DNA from: Alphaproteobacteria bacterium | GTDB taxonomy: Bacteria > Pseudomonadota > Alphaproteobacteria > SP197 | NCBI GenBank assembly: GCA_965228895.1 | Contig: OZ245842.1 | Location: forward strand, 1,760,001-1,824,000 | Direction: 5' to 3' | DNA: 64,000 bases | Shown here: positions 28,691 to 39,317 of the stretch, one piece after another | Numbering within the stretch: the first letter of the stretch is position 1 | How the letters are laid out: every line of letters begins with the position of its first letter | Notes under the pieces: model-generated | Told to the model about the DNA's origin: nothing | The model's database searches: none | Seen by the model: the letters and a program-made list of their open reading frames with translations, nothing else | Made by a program: the position numbers and the translations under genes

Positions 28691-29625
28691 TCGACCGGTG
28701 TCGTGTGCCAGCCTTCGTCGTGTTTGGCCCAATAGGTTTCGTGAAGCCGCATGGTGACGGGTCCCGGTTTGCCGTTGGACAAAATGCGATCGTCGATCTG
28801 GCTGATCGGCATGATGCCGCCGGCGGTCGACGCCATGAAGATTTCGTCGGCGTCGAGCAACTGATCTTTGGTAATGTGATCGTTGCGGTTGGCAATGCCG
28901 AGCAGGTCGCAGAGTTCGTGGACGGACTGGCGGGTCACGCCTTCCAGCGCACCGTGCACGGGGCTGACCACGCAGCCGTCGATGACGGCGAAGACATTGG
29001 CGCCCGGACACTCCGCCACATAACCATCGGGGCCGATCAGGACGGCATAATCGGCGCCGCTGTCCTCGACCTCGAACAGGGCATTGGTGAAATCGCCCCA
29101 GTGATAGTTCTTGATGGTCGGGTCGACGGAATGACGTGCGATGCGCGGCACTTCCGAGACAATCATACGTCCGCCGGTTTCCTGCATCTCCGGCTTCATG
29201 ATCCAGACGAACGGGATGGCATAGCAAACCAATTGGTTGTTGCCCTTGAAGTTGCTGGGCAGGCGCTTGGGCCATGACGGGTCGGGCACGCCACGCGTCA
29301 TGACCATGGCGACATAGGCGTCCTTGAGGCCGGAGCGCTGCACGCAGCCCATAAGGATGTCGCGCAAGCCATCGCGGTCGACCGGCATCTCCATACGCAG
29401 ACCCTTCACCGAGTTCTCGAAGCGGGTGAGGTGGTCTTCCATGCGGAAGAAGGCGCCATGCCAGACATGGACGACGTCGTAGGTGACGTCCGAGCGCACA
29501 AATCCCCAGTCGAAGACGGAGACCTTGGCGTCAGCCGCCGGCACGAACGCGCCGTCGACCCATGCTGCCCCCTTCGACCAGTCAACGGTGGGCTCGCTCG
29601 TATGTGGTTTCTCGACCGCTGCCAT
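28678..29625 (-). CDS. Fold-type IV PLP aminotransferase, (R)-amine-transaminase-like
   Basis: DWGFVRSDVTYDV, AYVAMVMTRG, VDPTIKNYHWGDF, ECPGANVF, LEGVTR and STAGG. Confidence 0.9.
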   Translation of the reverse strand: MAAVEKPHTSEPTVDWSKGAAWVDGAFVPAADAKVSVFDWGFVRSDVTYDVVHVWHGAFFRMEDHLTRFENSVKGLRMEMPVDRDGLRDILMGCVQRSGLKDAYVAMVMTRGVPDPSWPKRLPSNFKGNNQLVCYAIPFVWIMKPEMQETGGRMIVSEVPRIARHSVDPTIKNYHWGDFTNALFEVEDSGADYAVLIGPDGYVAECPGANVFAVIDGCVVSPVHGALEGVTRQSVHELCDLLGIANRNDHITKDQLLDADEIFMASTAGGIMPISQIDDRILSNGKPGPVTMRLHETYWAKHDEGWHTTPVDYDA

Positions 29626-29736
29626 CAAATCCTCCGACTCCAGATTGCGCCGGTATTCTAAGGCCGGACTGGTCGTGATGTCAGGTCCACGGACAACTGG
29701 CCGGTTTCCTGATCAATCGTTACTGTCATCTTTGTC

Positions 29737-30690
29737 ATGGACGCGCACAGTTCAAAAAAGGTCATCTATGCCGCGCTCGCCGGCAACTCGTTGATCGCGA
29801 TCACCAAGTTCTCGGCGGCGATGTGGACCGGCAGCTCGGCCATGTTGAGCGAGTCCGTTCATTCGCTGGTCGATACCGGCAACCAGGGCCTCTTGCTCCA
29901 CGGCATGAAAAGGGCGGACCGTCCGGCCGACAACACCCATCCGTTCGGTTACGGCATGGAGCTCTATTTCTGGGCTTTTGTCGTCGCGATCCTGATCTTT
30001 GTCGGTGGTGCGGCGATCTCTATCTATGAGGGCATCCACAAGATCCAGTACCCCGAGGTGTTGAAGGATGCCTACATCAACTACATCGTCCTGGGCGTCG
30101 CCATGGTGTTCGAGGCGGGCGCGTGGTGGGTCGCCTATCGCGAATTCGACCGCCAGCGCGGCAAGATGTCGTTATGGCGTGCGGTCCGGCGCAGCAAAGA
30201 CCCGACGGTCTTCACCGTTCTGTTCGAAGACACCGCCGCCATGCTCGGCTTGATTGTTGCCATGATCGGTATCGCGCTTGCGGACATTCTAGGGATGCCG
30301 GTGCTGGACGGTGTCGCGTCGATCGGTATCGGCATCATTCTGGCGGCGACCGCCGTCCTGCTCGCCTATGAGTGCAAGGGCCTTCTGGTCGGCGAGGCGG
30401 CCAGCCCGGAGACGCAGGAGAACATCCGCAGATTGATTGCGCGCCAGCGCGGCATCTACCGGGTCAACGAAGTGCTGACCATGCATATGGGCCCGGGCGA
30501 TATCCTGGTGAACATCAGCGTCGACTTCGACGACAGCCTGGACTCCGCCGATGTCGAGGAGGTGATCACCAACATGGAAACGAGCTTGATGCAGCATAAC
30601 CCGGAGATCACGCGGGTCTTCATCGAGGCCCAGAACTGGGCCGCCCATCGCCGGCGCTGGCGCCGTTCCGGCGATCACCGCGACGACTAG
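29737..30690 (+). CDS. Cation diffusion facilitator family transporter
   Basis: TGSSAMLSESVHSLVDTGNQ, HPFGYG and VLFEDTAA, plus a C-terminal dimerisation domain. Confidence 0.9.
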   Translation: MDAHSSKKVIYAALAGNSLIAITKFSAAMWTGSSAMLSESVHSLVDTGNQGLLLHGMKRADRPADNTHPFGYGMELYFWAFVVAILIFVGGAAISIYEGIHKIQYPEVLKDAYINYIVLGVAMVFEAGAWWVAYREFDRQRGKMSLWRAVRRSKDPTVFTVLFEDTAAMLGLIVAMIGIALADILGMPVLDGVASIGIGIILAATAVLLAYECKGLLVGEAASPETQENIRRLIARQRGIYRVNEVLTMHMGPGDILVNISVDFDDSLDSADVEEVITNMETSLMQHNPEITRVFIEAQNWAAHRRRWRRSGDHRDD

Positions 30691-32186
30691 TCGATCCTCA
30701 ACCTCGCGTCAGCCTCGCGCGCGGTTTGCCGCAGTAGGGCTATCATGTGATCGATGCCGTCCTGGGTCAGCCTGTGGTTGACAAAGCACGGCCTGAAGCA
30801 GCGCCGGCCGTTGAGGTCGGTGCCTGTGATCAAGCCGTCGCCGGCCCGCTGGATGATCCGCTCGGTTTCTTCGTTCAGGCGATCAAGGTAGCCGTTGTCC
30901 GGCGTGCTTCTTCTGAGGTCCGGCGGCACGTAGCGAAAGCAGCAGACGCTGAGCGACGGTCTGACCATCAGCTCCAGATCATCGGATGCCTGGATCATGC
31001 TTGCCAGGCGCTGGGTCATCGCCAGGTGCTCGTCGACCATGGTGCGCAAACCTGCGAAACCGATCTGTTTGATGGCAACCCAGACCTTCAGCGCGCGGTC
31101 ACCGCGCGTCAGCTCCCAGCCGTGGTGCCAGTGGTCGTGGACATCGTGGCCGTCGGCCATGCGCAGATATTCCGGCACCAACGTGAAGGCGCGTGACAGA
31201 ACGTCCCATGATCGCACGAGCACACAGCCGGCCTCGTAGGGCACGTTGAGCCATTTGTGTGGATCGACCGCCATGGAGTCAGCGCGTTCCAGACCTTTGA
31301 AGAGCGGACGTGTGGCCGGACTGAGCGCGGCAACTGCCCCATAGGCGCCGTCGATGTGAAACCAGAGGTCACGGCGTGCGGCGAGGTCGGCGAGGGCGCC
31401 AAGGTCGTCGACCGCGCCGGTGTTGGTCGTGCCGGCGTTGGCGATGATGCAGAACGGCTTGTGACCGGTTTTTTCGTCCTCAGTGATCGCGTCTTCCATA
31501 AGGTCAACGCGAACTCTGAAGTCCTCATCAACATCGATACGCCGCAGTCCGCTCGAACCCATGCCCATCAAACGGGCGGCTTGATCGAGACAGGCATGGG
31601 TCTGCGTCGAGCCGTAGGCGGTGAGTGGGGCGTGGTTGGCGATGCCGTCCTCGCGCACATCCCAATCGGCTTTTGCGACGCGCGCGGCAGCCAGCGCCAT
31701 GAGATTGGCGCCGGTGCCGCCGGTCGCCATGTAGCCGGCCGCGTTGTCGCCGAAACCCAGCATCTCACCCAGCCAGCGCACGACCGTCACTTCGACCTCT
31801 GTCGATCCCGGCGTCAGCGTCCAGGTGTAGGGATAAAGCCTGAGCGAGGCGACCAAGCCCTCGACCAGACCGGGCAGGGCGAGCGCCGAGGACGAGACAT
31901 AGGACATCAGCCGGGGATGGCAGTAGTTGGCGGAAGCCGGCAGCAACTCGTCGCGGATCAGATTCAGGATTGCGTCGGCGTCCATGCCGTCTTCCGGCGG
32001 TGGTCCGCCGAACTGCTGGGCCATGCGCTCCGGCGATTGCGGCGGTGGGTAAACGCCGCGCCGCGCGGGGTCGGCCAGTTCGTCGGCGATGATGTCGACA
32101 ACCCGGTAGCCCAGGCGCCGGATCTCGTCGGCGCTGATCTCGAGCGGGGCACGGCGATCTTGGTGCGTGGTCTTGATGTCGTTCAT
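30687..32186 (-). CDS. Group II PLP-dependent (aromatic) amino acid decarboxylase
   Basis: HPRLMSY, TGGTGAN, AGTTNTGAVDDL, WFHIDGAYG and DPHKWL. Confidence 0.92.
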   Translation of the reverse strand: MNDIKTTHQDRRAPLEISADEIRRLGYRVVDIIADELADPARRGVYPPPQSPERMAQQFGGPPPEDGMDADAILNLIRDELLPASANYCHPRLMSYVSSSALALPGLVEGLVASLRLYPYTWTLTPGSTEVEVTVVRWLGEMLGFGDNAAGYMATGGTGANLMALAAARVAKADWDVREDGIANHAPLTAYGSTQTHACLDQAARLMGMGSSGLRRIDVDEDFRVRVDLMEDAITEDEKTGHKPFCIIANAGTTNTGAVDDLGALADLAARRDLWFHIDGAYGAVAALSPATRPLFKGLERADSMAVDPHKWLNVPYEAGCVLVRSWDVLSRAFTLVPEYLRMADGHDVHDHWHHGWELTRGDRALKVWVAIKQIGFAGLRTMVDEHLAMTQRLASMIQASDDLELMVRPSLSVCCFRYVPPDLRRSTPDNGYLDRLNEETERIIQRAGDGLITGTDLNGRRCFRPCFVNHRLTQDGIDHMIALLRQTAREADARLRID

Positions 32187-32346
32187 GGCATCTCCGTTCC
32201 CGGCGGATGCCGGGCGATGCTTTCGGATGATCGTGAGAAGCTTGCGGGAGGCGACGCCCAGAACGCAACCGTACGATGGTTACGAGTTCCAAACAGTCTT
32301 GTCTTTGTTGGGGGCGCCGGTCGCGTCCGGCAACGCTCAAAAAGGA

Positions 32347-32670
32347 TCAGCCGCGGGCGGACCGCGCGGTAACACGATCGTCGGCACATACGCGGATCGA
32401 TGACAAGCTCACGACGCGGCCGTTGCTGTGGCCGTTGGCTGCTGCCGCCGTCTTCGATCTGTTCTGCCGTTCGCTCAAGGCGTCGTACTCGTAAAGGCAC
32501 GCATAGGCTTCGCGGATGGCCGCACGGTTGCCGTTGACCTCAAGGTCGTTGAGCGCTCGCAACAGTTCAAAGTGGACCAGCGTTGCGAGGGGCGTACGCG
32601 ACACGAAACGCTGGTCCGCCGTCGCCTGGCGGATTTCGTCAACCATTGCCTCGAATGTCGGCACACGCAT
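32347..32670 (-). CDS. Small hypothetical protein
   Basis: 107-aa ORF filling a 730-bp gap, with GGGG upstream of the ATG and an amphipathic helical N-terminal half; no recognised family. Confidence 0.5.
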   Translation of the reverse strand: MRVPTFEAMVDEIRQATADQRFVSRTPLATLVHFELLRALNDLEVNGNRAAIREAYACLYEYDALSERQNRSKTAAAANGHSNGRVVSLSSIRVCADDRVTARSARG

Positions 32671-32920
32671 GCTCGACCCCTTGCCACTGAGCCCACGCAG
32701 AATAGGGCATGGAGCCAGGTTTGCCCGCGTTCATTGGGTGTAACCCTATGGTACGTGCGGCCATTATCCCGATGGCTGAGGGCATTCGGCGGCCGGACTC
32801 TCACCCAGAAAAGGACCTCGGCTGCTCTAGTAGGCGCGTCGGCAGCCTGTTTTGCGCGGGCCATGGCCTATGCAGCCCGAAGCGGTCTAAGGTGCCTTGA
32901 GATGTCAAGGGGAGGTGCCC

Positions 32921-33313
32921 ATGGCGCGCATAACTGGCATTGGCGGTGTTTTTTTCAAGGCGCGGGATCCCGCCGCTTTGTCCGCGTGGTACCGCGACGT
33001 GCTTGGCTTGGAGACGGAGGAGGGCGGTGCGGTGACCTTCTCCTGGGCCGACGATCCGCAGCCTGGCGGCTCCGGCCACACGGTCTGGGGTCCTTTCCGC
33101 CAGGACACCACCTATTTTCAACCCAGTGAGAAACCCTACATGTTTAACTTCCGCGTCGATGACCTCGATGGCTTTCTCGCCCGGCTCCGCAAGGCCGGCG
33201 TGACCGTCGACGATAAGACCGAGACTTTCGACTACGGCCGCTTCGGCTGGGCGATGGATCCCGAGGGCAACCGTATCGAGCTCTGGGAACCGACGGCGGT
33301 GACACCACATTAG
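32921..33313 (+). CDS. VOC/glyoxalase family protein
   Basis: MARITGIGGVFFKARDP, MFNFRVDDLD and YGRFGWAMDPEGNRIELWEP; GGAGG RBS. Confidence 0.9.
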   Translation: MARITGIGGVFFKARDPAALSAWYRDVLGLETEEGGAVTFSWADDPQPGGSGHTVWGPFRQDTTYFQPSEKPYMFNFRVDDLDGFLARLRKAGVTVDDKTETFDYGRFGWAMDPEGNRIELWEPTAVTPH

Positions 33314-33352
33314 CCATGGCGATCGGGCAAGCCTGAACTGAGGAGAAGACAA

Positions 33353-34726
33353 GTGGCCGAGTACGATTATGACCTGTTTGTCATCGGTGGCGGGTCCGGA
33401 GGCGTGCGTTGTGCACGGTTTTCCGCCGGATATGGCGCCCGCGTCGCGATTGCCGAAGAACGCTACTGGGGCGGCACCTGCGTCAACGTTGGCTGTATCC
33501 CCAAGAAGCTCTTCGTCTACGGCTCGCAAGTTGCCGAAGAACTGAAGGACGTCACGGGTTACGGCTGGCAGGTTGGTGACGTCAGCTTCGATTGGCAAAA
33601 ACTGGTTGCCAACAAGAACGAGGAGATCGGACGCCTTAACGGCATCTACGACCGCATGCTGCGCGCCGCCGGTTGCGATGTTATCGACGGACGCGCGGTC
33701 GTCGTCGACGCCCATACGGTCAAAATCGGCGACAAGACCTACACGTCCCGCTACATCCTGGTCGCGACGGGCGGCTGGCCGTTCGTGCCGGAGTTTCCGG
33801 GCAGCGAGCACGCGGTGACATCCAACGAGCTGTTCTTCCTGGACAAGCTGCCAGAGAAGATCGTCATTGTCGGCGGCGGATACATCTCCGTGGAGTTCGC
33901 CGGTATTTTCAACGGTCTCGGTGTTGATGTGACCCAGCTTTACCGGCGTAATCTTTTCCTGCGCGGTTTCGACCGCGACATCCGCGAGTTCCTGGCCGAA
34001 GAGATGCGCAAGAAGGGCATTGACCTGCACTTCAACTGCGACATCACGATGATCGAGAAGAAGGGCGACCGCTTCGTCGCGACGCTGGATCGCGGCCAGA
34101 CGATCGAGGCCGATTTGATCTTCTATGCGACCGGACGCCGGCCGCTGACTGCAGGCCTCGGTCTGGAAAAAGCTGGCGTCAAGCTGGCCGACAACGGCGC
34201 GGTTGAAGTCGACGAGTTCTTCCAGACCTCGGTGCCGTCGATCTATGCCTTGGGCGACGTGGTCGGGCGTATGGAGCTGACGCCGGTGGCGCTGGCCGAA
34301 GGCATGGCCGTCGCGAAATGCCTGTTCGGTGGCGAAAGCCAGACCGTGCACTACGACCTCGTGCCGACCGGCGTCTTCAGCCAGCCGGAGATCGCGACTG
34401 TCGGCCTGACCGAGGAGGCGGCGCGCGAGCGCCATGTCGATATCGATATCTACACGTCGGAGTTCCGCGCGCTCAAACACACGATGACCGACAACCAGGA
34501 GCGCACGTTGATGAAGCTGGTTGTCGATAAGACGACCGACCGTGTCGTTGGCGCGCACATGGTTGGCGCCCATGCGGGCGATCTGATCCAGGGCATTGCG
34601 ATCGCGCTGAACGCGGGCGCAACGAAGGCCGTGTTCGACAAGACCATCGGCGTGCATCCGACCAGCGCCGAGGAATGGGTCACCATGCGCGAACCCGTGC
34701 GCGGTCAGGAGGAAGCCGCAGAGTAG
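33353..34726 (+). CDS. gor: Glutathione-disulfide reductase
   Basis: [37 protein letters not shown] and HPTSAEE. Confidence 0.95.
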   Translation: MAEYDYDLFVIGGGSGGVRCARFSAGYGARVAIAEERYWGGTCVNVGCIPKKLFVYGSQVAEELKDVTGYGWQVGDVSFDWQKLVANKNEEIGRLNGIYDRMLRAAGCDVIDGRAVVVDAHTVKIGDKTYTSRYILVATGGWPFVPEFPGSEHAVTSNELFFLDKLPEKIVIVGGGYISVEFAGIFNGLGVDVTQLYRRNLFLRGFDRDIREFLAEEMRKKGIDLHFNCDITMIEKKGDRFVATLDRGQTIEADLIFYATGRRPLTAGLGLEKAGVKLADNGAVEVDEFFQTSVPSIYALGDVVGRMELTPVALAEGMAVAKCLFGGESQTVHYDLVPTGVFSQPEIATVGLTEEAARERHVDIDIYTSEFRALKHTMTDNQERTLMKLVVDKTTDRVVGAHMVGAHAGDLIQGIAIALNAGATKAVFDKTIGVHPTSAEEWVTMREPVRGQEEAAE

Positions 34727-34748
34727 GCGCGCTCGCTCGCTGGGTTGG

Positions 34749-35657
34749 TCAGAGACCTTTGTCCCAGTACGGCTTGTCGCCGAAGCGCTCGGCAAGGAAG
34801 TCAATGAAGACACGAACCTTGGCTGACAGGAAACGGTGGGGCGGATAGATCACCGATATGTCGGCAGGCCGCCGTTCCCAGTCGCTCAGCAACCGGACCA
34901 GCTTGCCGGATCGCAAGTCCGGGCCGGTAATGAAGGTGGGCAAAAGCACGATGCCGCGTCCGCGCACGGCGGCGTCACGCAGGACATCGCCGTTGTTCAC
35001 ACACAGATGACCGGGGACCGTGACCGTCACCTCGCCGGACGTATTGTGAAAACTCCAACGCACGTCGGTCGCCAGATGGCCATAGGTCAGGCACGTGTGG
35101 TCGACGAGGTCGTCGGGGTGTTGCGGTTCGCCATGCGCGGCCACGTAGTCGGGCGAGGCGACAAGCGACTGATGAGACACGGCAATGCGCCGCGCGATCA
35201 TGCTTGAATCGGCAAGCGCGCCAATCCGCACGCCGATATCGAACCCGCCGTCGATCATGTCGACCTGGCGGTCGTTCAAGATCAACTGCACCTTAACGTC
35301 GGGATAGCGCGCCATGAAGTCGGTCAGCGGACCGGTCAGATGCAGCATCGCAAACGACATCGGTGCGTTGATGCGAAGGCGCCCACGCGGTTCGTCGTGC
35401 AGGCTGGAGACCGCCAGCTCGGCCTCTTCGACATCGGCCAGGATGGCAAGGCAGCGTTCGTTGTAGGCAAGCCCGACCTCGGTCGGACTGACCCGGCGTG
35501 TGGTCCGGTTCAAGAGCCTGGCGCCCAACTGCTTTTCCAACTGCATCACGCTCTTGCTGACGCCGGCGCGGGTCAGACCGAGCTTGTCAGCCGCCGCGGT
35601 GAAACTCTTGCTCTCCACCACCTGGGTAAAGATTTTCATGTTTGTCAGGCGGTCCAC
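34749..35657 (-). CDS. LysR family transcriptional regulator (CrgA-like)
   Basis: GTG at 35657 after GGAGAA; SFTAAADKLG...LEKQLGARLLNRTTR, PRGRLRINAP and KVRVFIDFL. Confidence 0.93.
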   Translation of the reverse strand: MDRLTNMKIFTQVVESKSFTAAADKLGLTRAGVSKSVMQLEKQLGARLLNRTTRRVSPTEVGLAYNERCLAILADVEEAELAVSSLHDEPRGRLRINAPMSFAMLHLTGPLTDFMARYPDVKVQLILNDRQVDMIDGGFDIGVRIGALADSSMIARRIAVSHQSLVASPDYVAAHGEPQHPDDLVDHTCLTYGHLATDVRWSFHNTSGEVTVTVPGHLCVNNGDVLRDAAVRGRGIVLLPTFITGPDLRSGKLVRLLSDWERRPADISVIYPPHRFLSAKVRVFIDFLAERFGDKPYWDKGL

Positions 35658-35790
35658 GGCTTCTCCATTGTCAACTACGGGTTTCCATATTCGTTCATTT
35701 CGATCGGATTGTCTCCTGTTTTGCCAGAGCCATCTGCAAGCCTGTGTGATCCGTAACCCATGTATGCCGCGATGAAGAGGAGATGACGCC

Positions 35791-36495
35791 ATGATGACCA
35801 TGCGACGCGCCGACGATAGGGGACACGCCCGTTTTGACTGGTTGGACAGCCGCCACACGTTCTCGTTCGGCAGCTACCATGACTCCAGGCATATGGGTTT
35901 CGGGCCGCTGCGCGTGATCAACGACGACCGGGTGATTCCGGGCGCCGGCTTCGAGACCCATGGCCACCGCGATATGGAGATTGTGACCTATGTCCTGGAA
36001 GGCGCGCTGGCCCACAAGGATAGCCTCGGCAACGGGTCGGTCATTCTGCCGGGCGAGATCCAGCGCATGAGTGCGGGCGCCGGCATCACCCACAGTGAGT
36101 TCAACGACTCAACGACCGATCCCGTGCATTTTCTCCAGATCTGGATCGAGCCAAGCCAGATTGGTTTGACGCCCGGATATGAGCAAAAGCCCATACCGCC
36201 TGAAGCCAGGCGCGACCGGTTCGGCCTTCTGGCGTCGCCTGACGGTCGTGACGGGTCGGTCACCGTGCATCAGGATGCCATGCTCTGGGGTGCTTTGCTG
36301 TCACCCGGCACGTCGGTCGAGCATGATCTCGCGGCCAACCGTCTTGCCTGGTTGCACGTGGCTGACGGCGTGGCCGAGGTGAACGGGGAGTATTTGGAGA
36401 CCGGCGACGGACTCGCTGTGCGCGACGAAACCAAACTGGCGGTCCAGGCTATCGACAACACCGACATCCTCCTGTTCGACTTGGCCGACCAGTAA
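35791..36495 (+). CDS. Pirin family protein (YhhW-like)
   Basis: WLDSRHTFSF, LRVINDD, THGHRDMEI, MSAGAGITHSE and FLQIWI; divergent from the LysR gene. Confidence 0.93.
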   Translation: MMTMRRADDRGHARFDWLDSRHTFSFGSYHDSRHMGFGPLRVINDDRVIPGAGFETHGHRDMEIVTYVLEGALAHKDSLGNGSVILPGEIQRMSAGAGITHSEFNDSTTDPVHFLQIWIEPSQIGLTPGYEQKPIPPEARRDRFGLLASPDGRDGSVTVHQDAMLWGALLSPGTSVEHDLAANRLAWLHVADGVAEVNGEYLETGDGLAVRDETKLAVQAIDNTDILLFDLADQ

Positions 36496-36655
36496 GTCGC
36501 CCAACATGTGAGCGCCGACATGGATTCAAGCGCGGATTTGCGCTTGAATTCCGGCGACTTAACCCAAGGTTTCCCTGGAGTCTTGGCGAATCGAGGCGTA
36601 TATCGCCCAATTCCGGAAGAAAACGATCAAAACCACGAAAAAAAGAGAGACACCC

Positions 36656-38035
36656 ATGACATCTACCTGGAGCCCGTCAAGCTGGCGGGAAAAACCCATC
36701 CTCCAGGTTCCGGAGTATCCGGATCCCGACGCGCTGGCCGGCGTTGAGCGCCAGCTTGGGGGCTACCCGCCGCTGGTGTTCGCTGGTGAAGCCCGCAACC
36801 TGAAGCGTGTTCTGGCCCAGGTCGCCGAGGGCAAGGCGTTCTTGCTCCAGGGCGGCGACTGTGCCGAGAGTTTCTCGGAGTTTCATCCCGATGCCATCCG
36901 CGACACCTTCAAGGTGCTGTTGCAGATGGCGGTCGTCCTGGCCTTTGGCGCGTCCTGTCCGGTGGTCAAGGTGTCGCGTATGGCCGGTCAGTTCGCCAAG
37001 CCGCGCTCGTCCAATACCGAGGTGCAGGGCGATGTCGAACTGCCGAGCTACCGTGGCGATATCATCAACGGCATCGACTTCGACGAAGCCTCGCGGGTGC
37101 CCGATCCCGAACGCATGCGCTCGGCCTATCATCAGGCGGCGTCGACCCTGAACCTCTTGCGTGCGTTCGCCCAGGGCGGTTTTGCCGATCTGCATCGCGT
37201 GCAGGGCTGGAACAACGACTTTGTCGCCGACAGCGCCCAGGGCCATCGTTACGAAGCCATGGCGCAGCGCATCCAGGAGGCGTTGAGTTTCATGGAAGCG
37301 TGCGGTCTGACGTCGGAGAACGTCCCGCAACTGCGCGAGACCGAGCTCTACACGTCGCACGAGGCGCTGTTGCTGCCCTATGAAGAGGCGATGACCCGCG
37401 TCGATTCGACGACCGGCGACTGGTACGACACCTCCGCGCACATGGTCTGGATCGGCGATCGGACGCGTCAGCCCGACCACGCCCATGTCGAGTTCATGCG
37501 CGGCATCAACAATCCGATTGCCATGAAATGTGGGCCGTCGCTCGATCCCGATGAGCTGCTGCGGTTGATTGATGTTCTGAACCCGGAAAATGAGCCCGGC
37601 CGTCTGACACTGATCGTGCGCATGGGCGCCGACAAGGTGGAGGAGGGCATGCTGCCCTTGATCCGCGCTGTCGAACGCGAGGGCCGTCATGTCGTGTGGT
37701 CGTGCGATCCCATGCACGGCAACACGATCAAGGCGCCGAGCGGCTACAAGACGCGCCCGTTCGACCGCATCCTGGCCGAGGTGCGCGGCTTCTTTGCGGT
37801 TCACCGCGCCGAGGGCACCCATGCCGGCGGTGTGCATTTCGAGATGACCGGCAAGGACGTGACCGAGTGTTTGGGCGGCGCCCAGGAGATCACCGACGCC
37901 GATCTGCAGGACCGCTACCACACCCATTGCGATCCCAGGCTTAACGCCAGTCAGGCCTTGGAGTTGGCGTTCCTGATCGCTGAGCAGTTAAAGGCCGAGC
38001 GCGACGAAGCCGCGCGGCTAGCCGCCGCGCAGTAA
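36656..38035 (+). CDS. Class II DAHP synthase (3-deoxy-7-phosphoheptulonate synthase)
   Basis: [36 protein letters not shown] and CDPRLN. Confidence 0.96.
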   Translation: MTSTWSPSSWREKPILQVPEYPDPDALAGVERQLGGYPPLVFAGEARNLKRVLAQVAEGKAFLLQGGDCAESFSEFHPDAIRDTFKVLLQMAVVLAFGASCPVVKVSRMAGQFAKPRSSNTEVQGDVELPSYRGDIINGIDFDEASRVPDPERMRSAYHQAASTLNLLRAFAQGGFADLHRVQGWNNDFVADSAQGHRYEAMAQRIQEALSFMEACGLTSENVPQLRETELYTSHEALLLPYEEAMTRVDSTTGDWYDTSAHMVWIGDRTRQPDHAHVEFMRGINNPIAMKCGPSLDPDELLRLIDVLNPENEPGRLTLIVRMGADKVEEGMLPLIRAVEREGRHVVWSCDPMHGNTIKAPSGYKTRPFDRILAEVRGFFAVHRAEGTHAGGVHFEMTGKDVTECLGGAQEITDADLQDRYHTHCDPRLNASQALELAFLIAEQLKAERDEAARLAAAQ

Positions 38036-38072
38036 GGCAGGTCGCGCCAGCGCTCCTTAGGGGGAAGTAGCG

Positions 38073-39236
38073 ATGGCGGAAGACAATCCGGACCTAACAA
38101 AGCCCAAGAGCGGTTCCTTGTGGCCGCGCGAGGAGGATGTCGGCCGTTGGACCGACGTCTACTTCAAACGAACCAAGAAGACGGTTGAAACGTTCGGCGA
38201 TACCCGCGTCACCTATGCGGTCTTCATGCGCCGCCCGGTCGTTTGCGCGCCGCGGCTCGCTGTTGACTGGCTGCACGGTATCGCTGCGGTACGTGGCGTG
38301 ACATTCGACATTGAGCTGACCCATAGCGAAGGCCGCTGGGTCGGCGCTGGCGAGCCGATGATGTACATCTCCGGGCCGCTCGCTTCGCTGGTCGATTTGG
38401 AGACGTTGTTTCTGCAAAAACTTGGGCCGGCATGCGTCGCCGCCTACAACGCCTACACCATGTGCGTCGATATGCCCAAGGCGGGTTTCCTCGCCATGGA
38501 TGCGCGCCACTGCGCGGGTACCGAGATGGCCGAGATGATGGCCTATGCGGCCTCGGTCGGTTCGGCGCGCGCCCAACGCAAAGCCGGTGCTGTCGGCTTT
38601 ATCGGCAACGCCACCGACGCGACCGCGCATTACTTTGGTAACGACAAGGGTTTCGGCACCATGCCCCATGCCCTGATCGGTTATGCCGGCAGCACGGTCC
38701 GCGCCGCCGAGATGTTCCGCGACGCCAACCCCGACGCGCCGATGACCGTTCTGGTCGATTTCTTCGGCCTGGAGATCACCGATGCGCTCGCGGTGTGCCG
38801 GCGTTATCCCGACCTCGCCGCGACGGGTGAGCTTTCCGTCCGGCTCGACACCGGTGGCGGGCGCTTCGTGGAAGGTCTCGATCCTCAGACGAGTTATGCT
38901 GTTTTGGAACGCAATGTGCCCGAGGCGATCCGCGGTTACCGCTCCGAAGTCGAGCTGCGCTATCTGATCGGCACCGGTGTCTCGGCCGCCGGCATCTGGT
39001 ACATGCGCGAGCAGTTGGACGTCGCCGGTTTCGACAAGGTGAAGATCGTCGCCAGTTCCGGCTTCGGCGCTGCCAAATGTAAGACCATGGCCGTCGCCAA
39101 CGCGCCGATCGATGTCATCGGCACCGGCAGCTACCTGCCGGAAGTGTGGACCGAGACCTATGCCACCGCCGACATCGTCGCCTATGACGACGAGCCGCGC
39201 GTCAAGGTCGGCCGCGAGTTCCTGTTGCGTAACTGA
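38073..39236 (+). CDS. Nicotinate phosphoribosyltransferase family protein
   Basis: TDVYF, MDARH, GTMPHALI, VRLDT, IVASSGF and IGTGS; two genes upstream of nadE. Confidence 0.85.
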   Translation: MAEDNPDLTKPKSGSLWPREEDVGRWTDVYFKRTKKTVETFGDTRVTYAVFMRRPVVCAPRLAVDWLHGIAAVRGVTFDIELTHSEGRWVGAGEPMMYISGPLASLVDLETLFLQKLGPACVAAYNAYTMCVDMPKAGFLAMDARHCAGTEMAEMMAYAASVGSARAQRKAGAVGFIGNATDATAHYFGNDKGFGTMPHALIGYAGSTVRAAEMFRDANPDAPMTVLVDFFGLEITDALAVCRRYPDLAATGELSVRLDTGGGRFVEGLDPQTSYAVLERNVPEAIRGYRSEVELRYLIGTGVSAAGIWYMREQLDVAGFDKVKIVASSGFGAAKCKTMAVANAPIDVIGTGSYLPEVWTETYATADIVAYDDEPRVKVGREFLLRN

Positions 39237-39317
39237 CGCTCTGCTCCCCGGTCCGTGGCGTCATGAATCCTCCCGCTCTGTTCGTCGGACAACATAGGCA
39301 GTCCAGAAGGTTCTCTC

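Noticed and set aside
32801-34813. Long antisense ORFs (e.g. 32801..34813, 24595..26442, 58996..60936, 21529..22893, 36677..37927, 13556..15055)
   Set aside because: They lie opposite well-identified genes and have no motifs; this is an expected artefact of high-GC codon bias.
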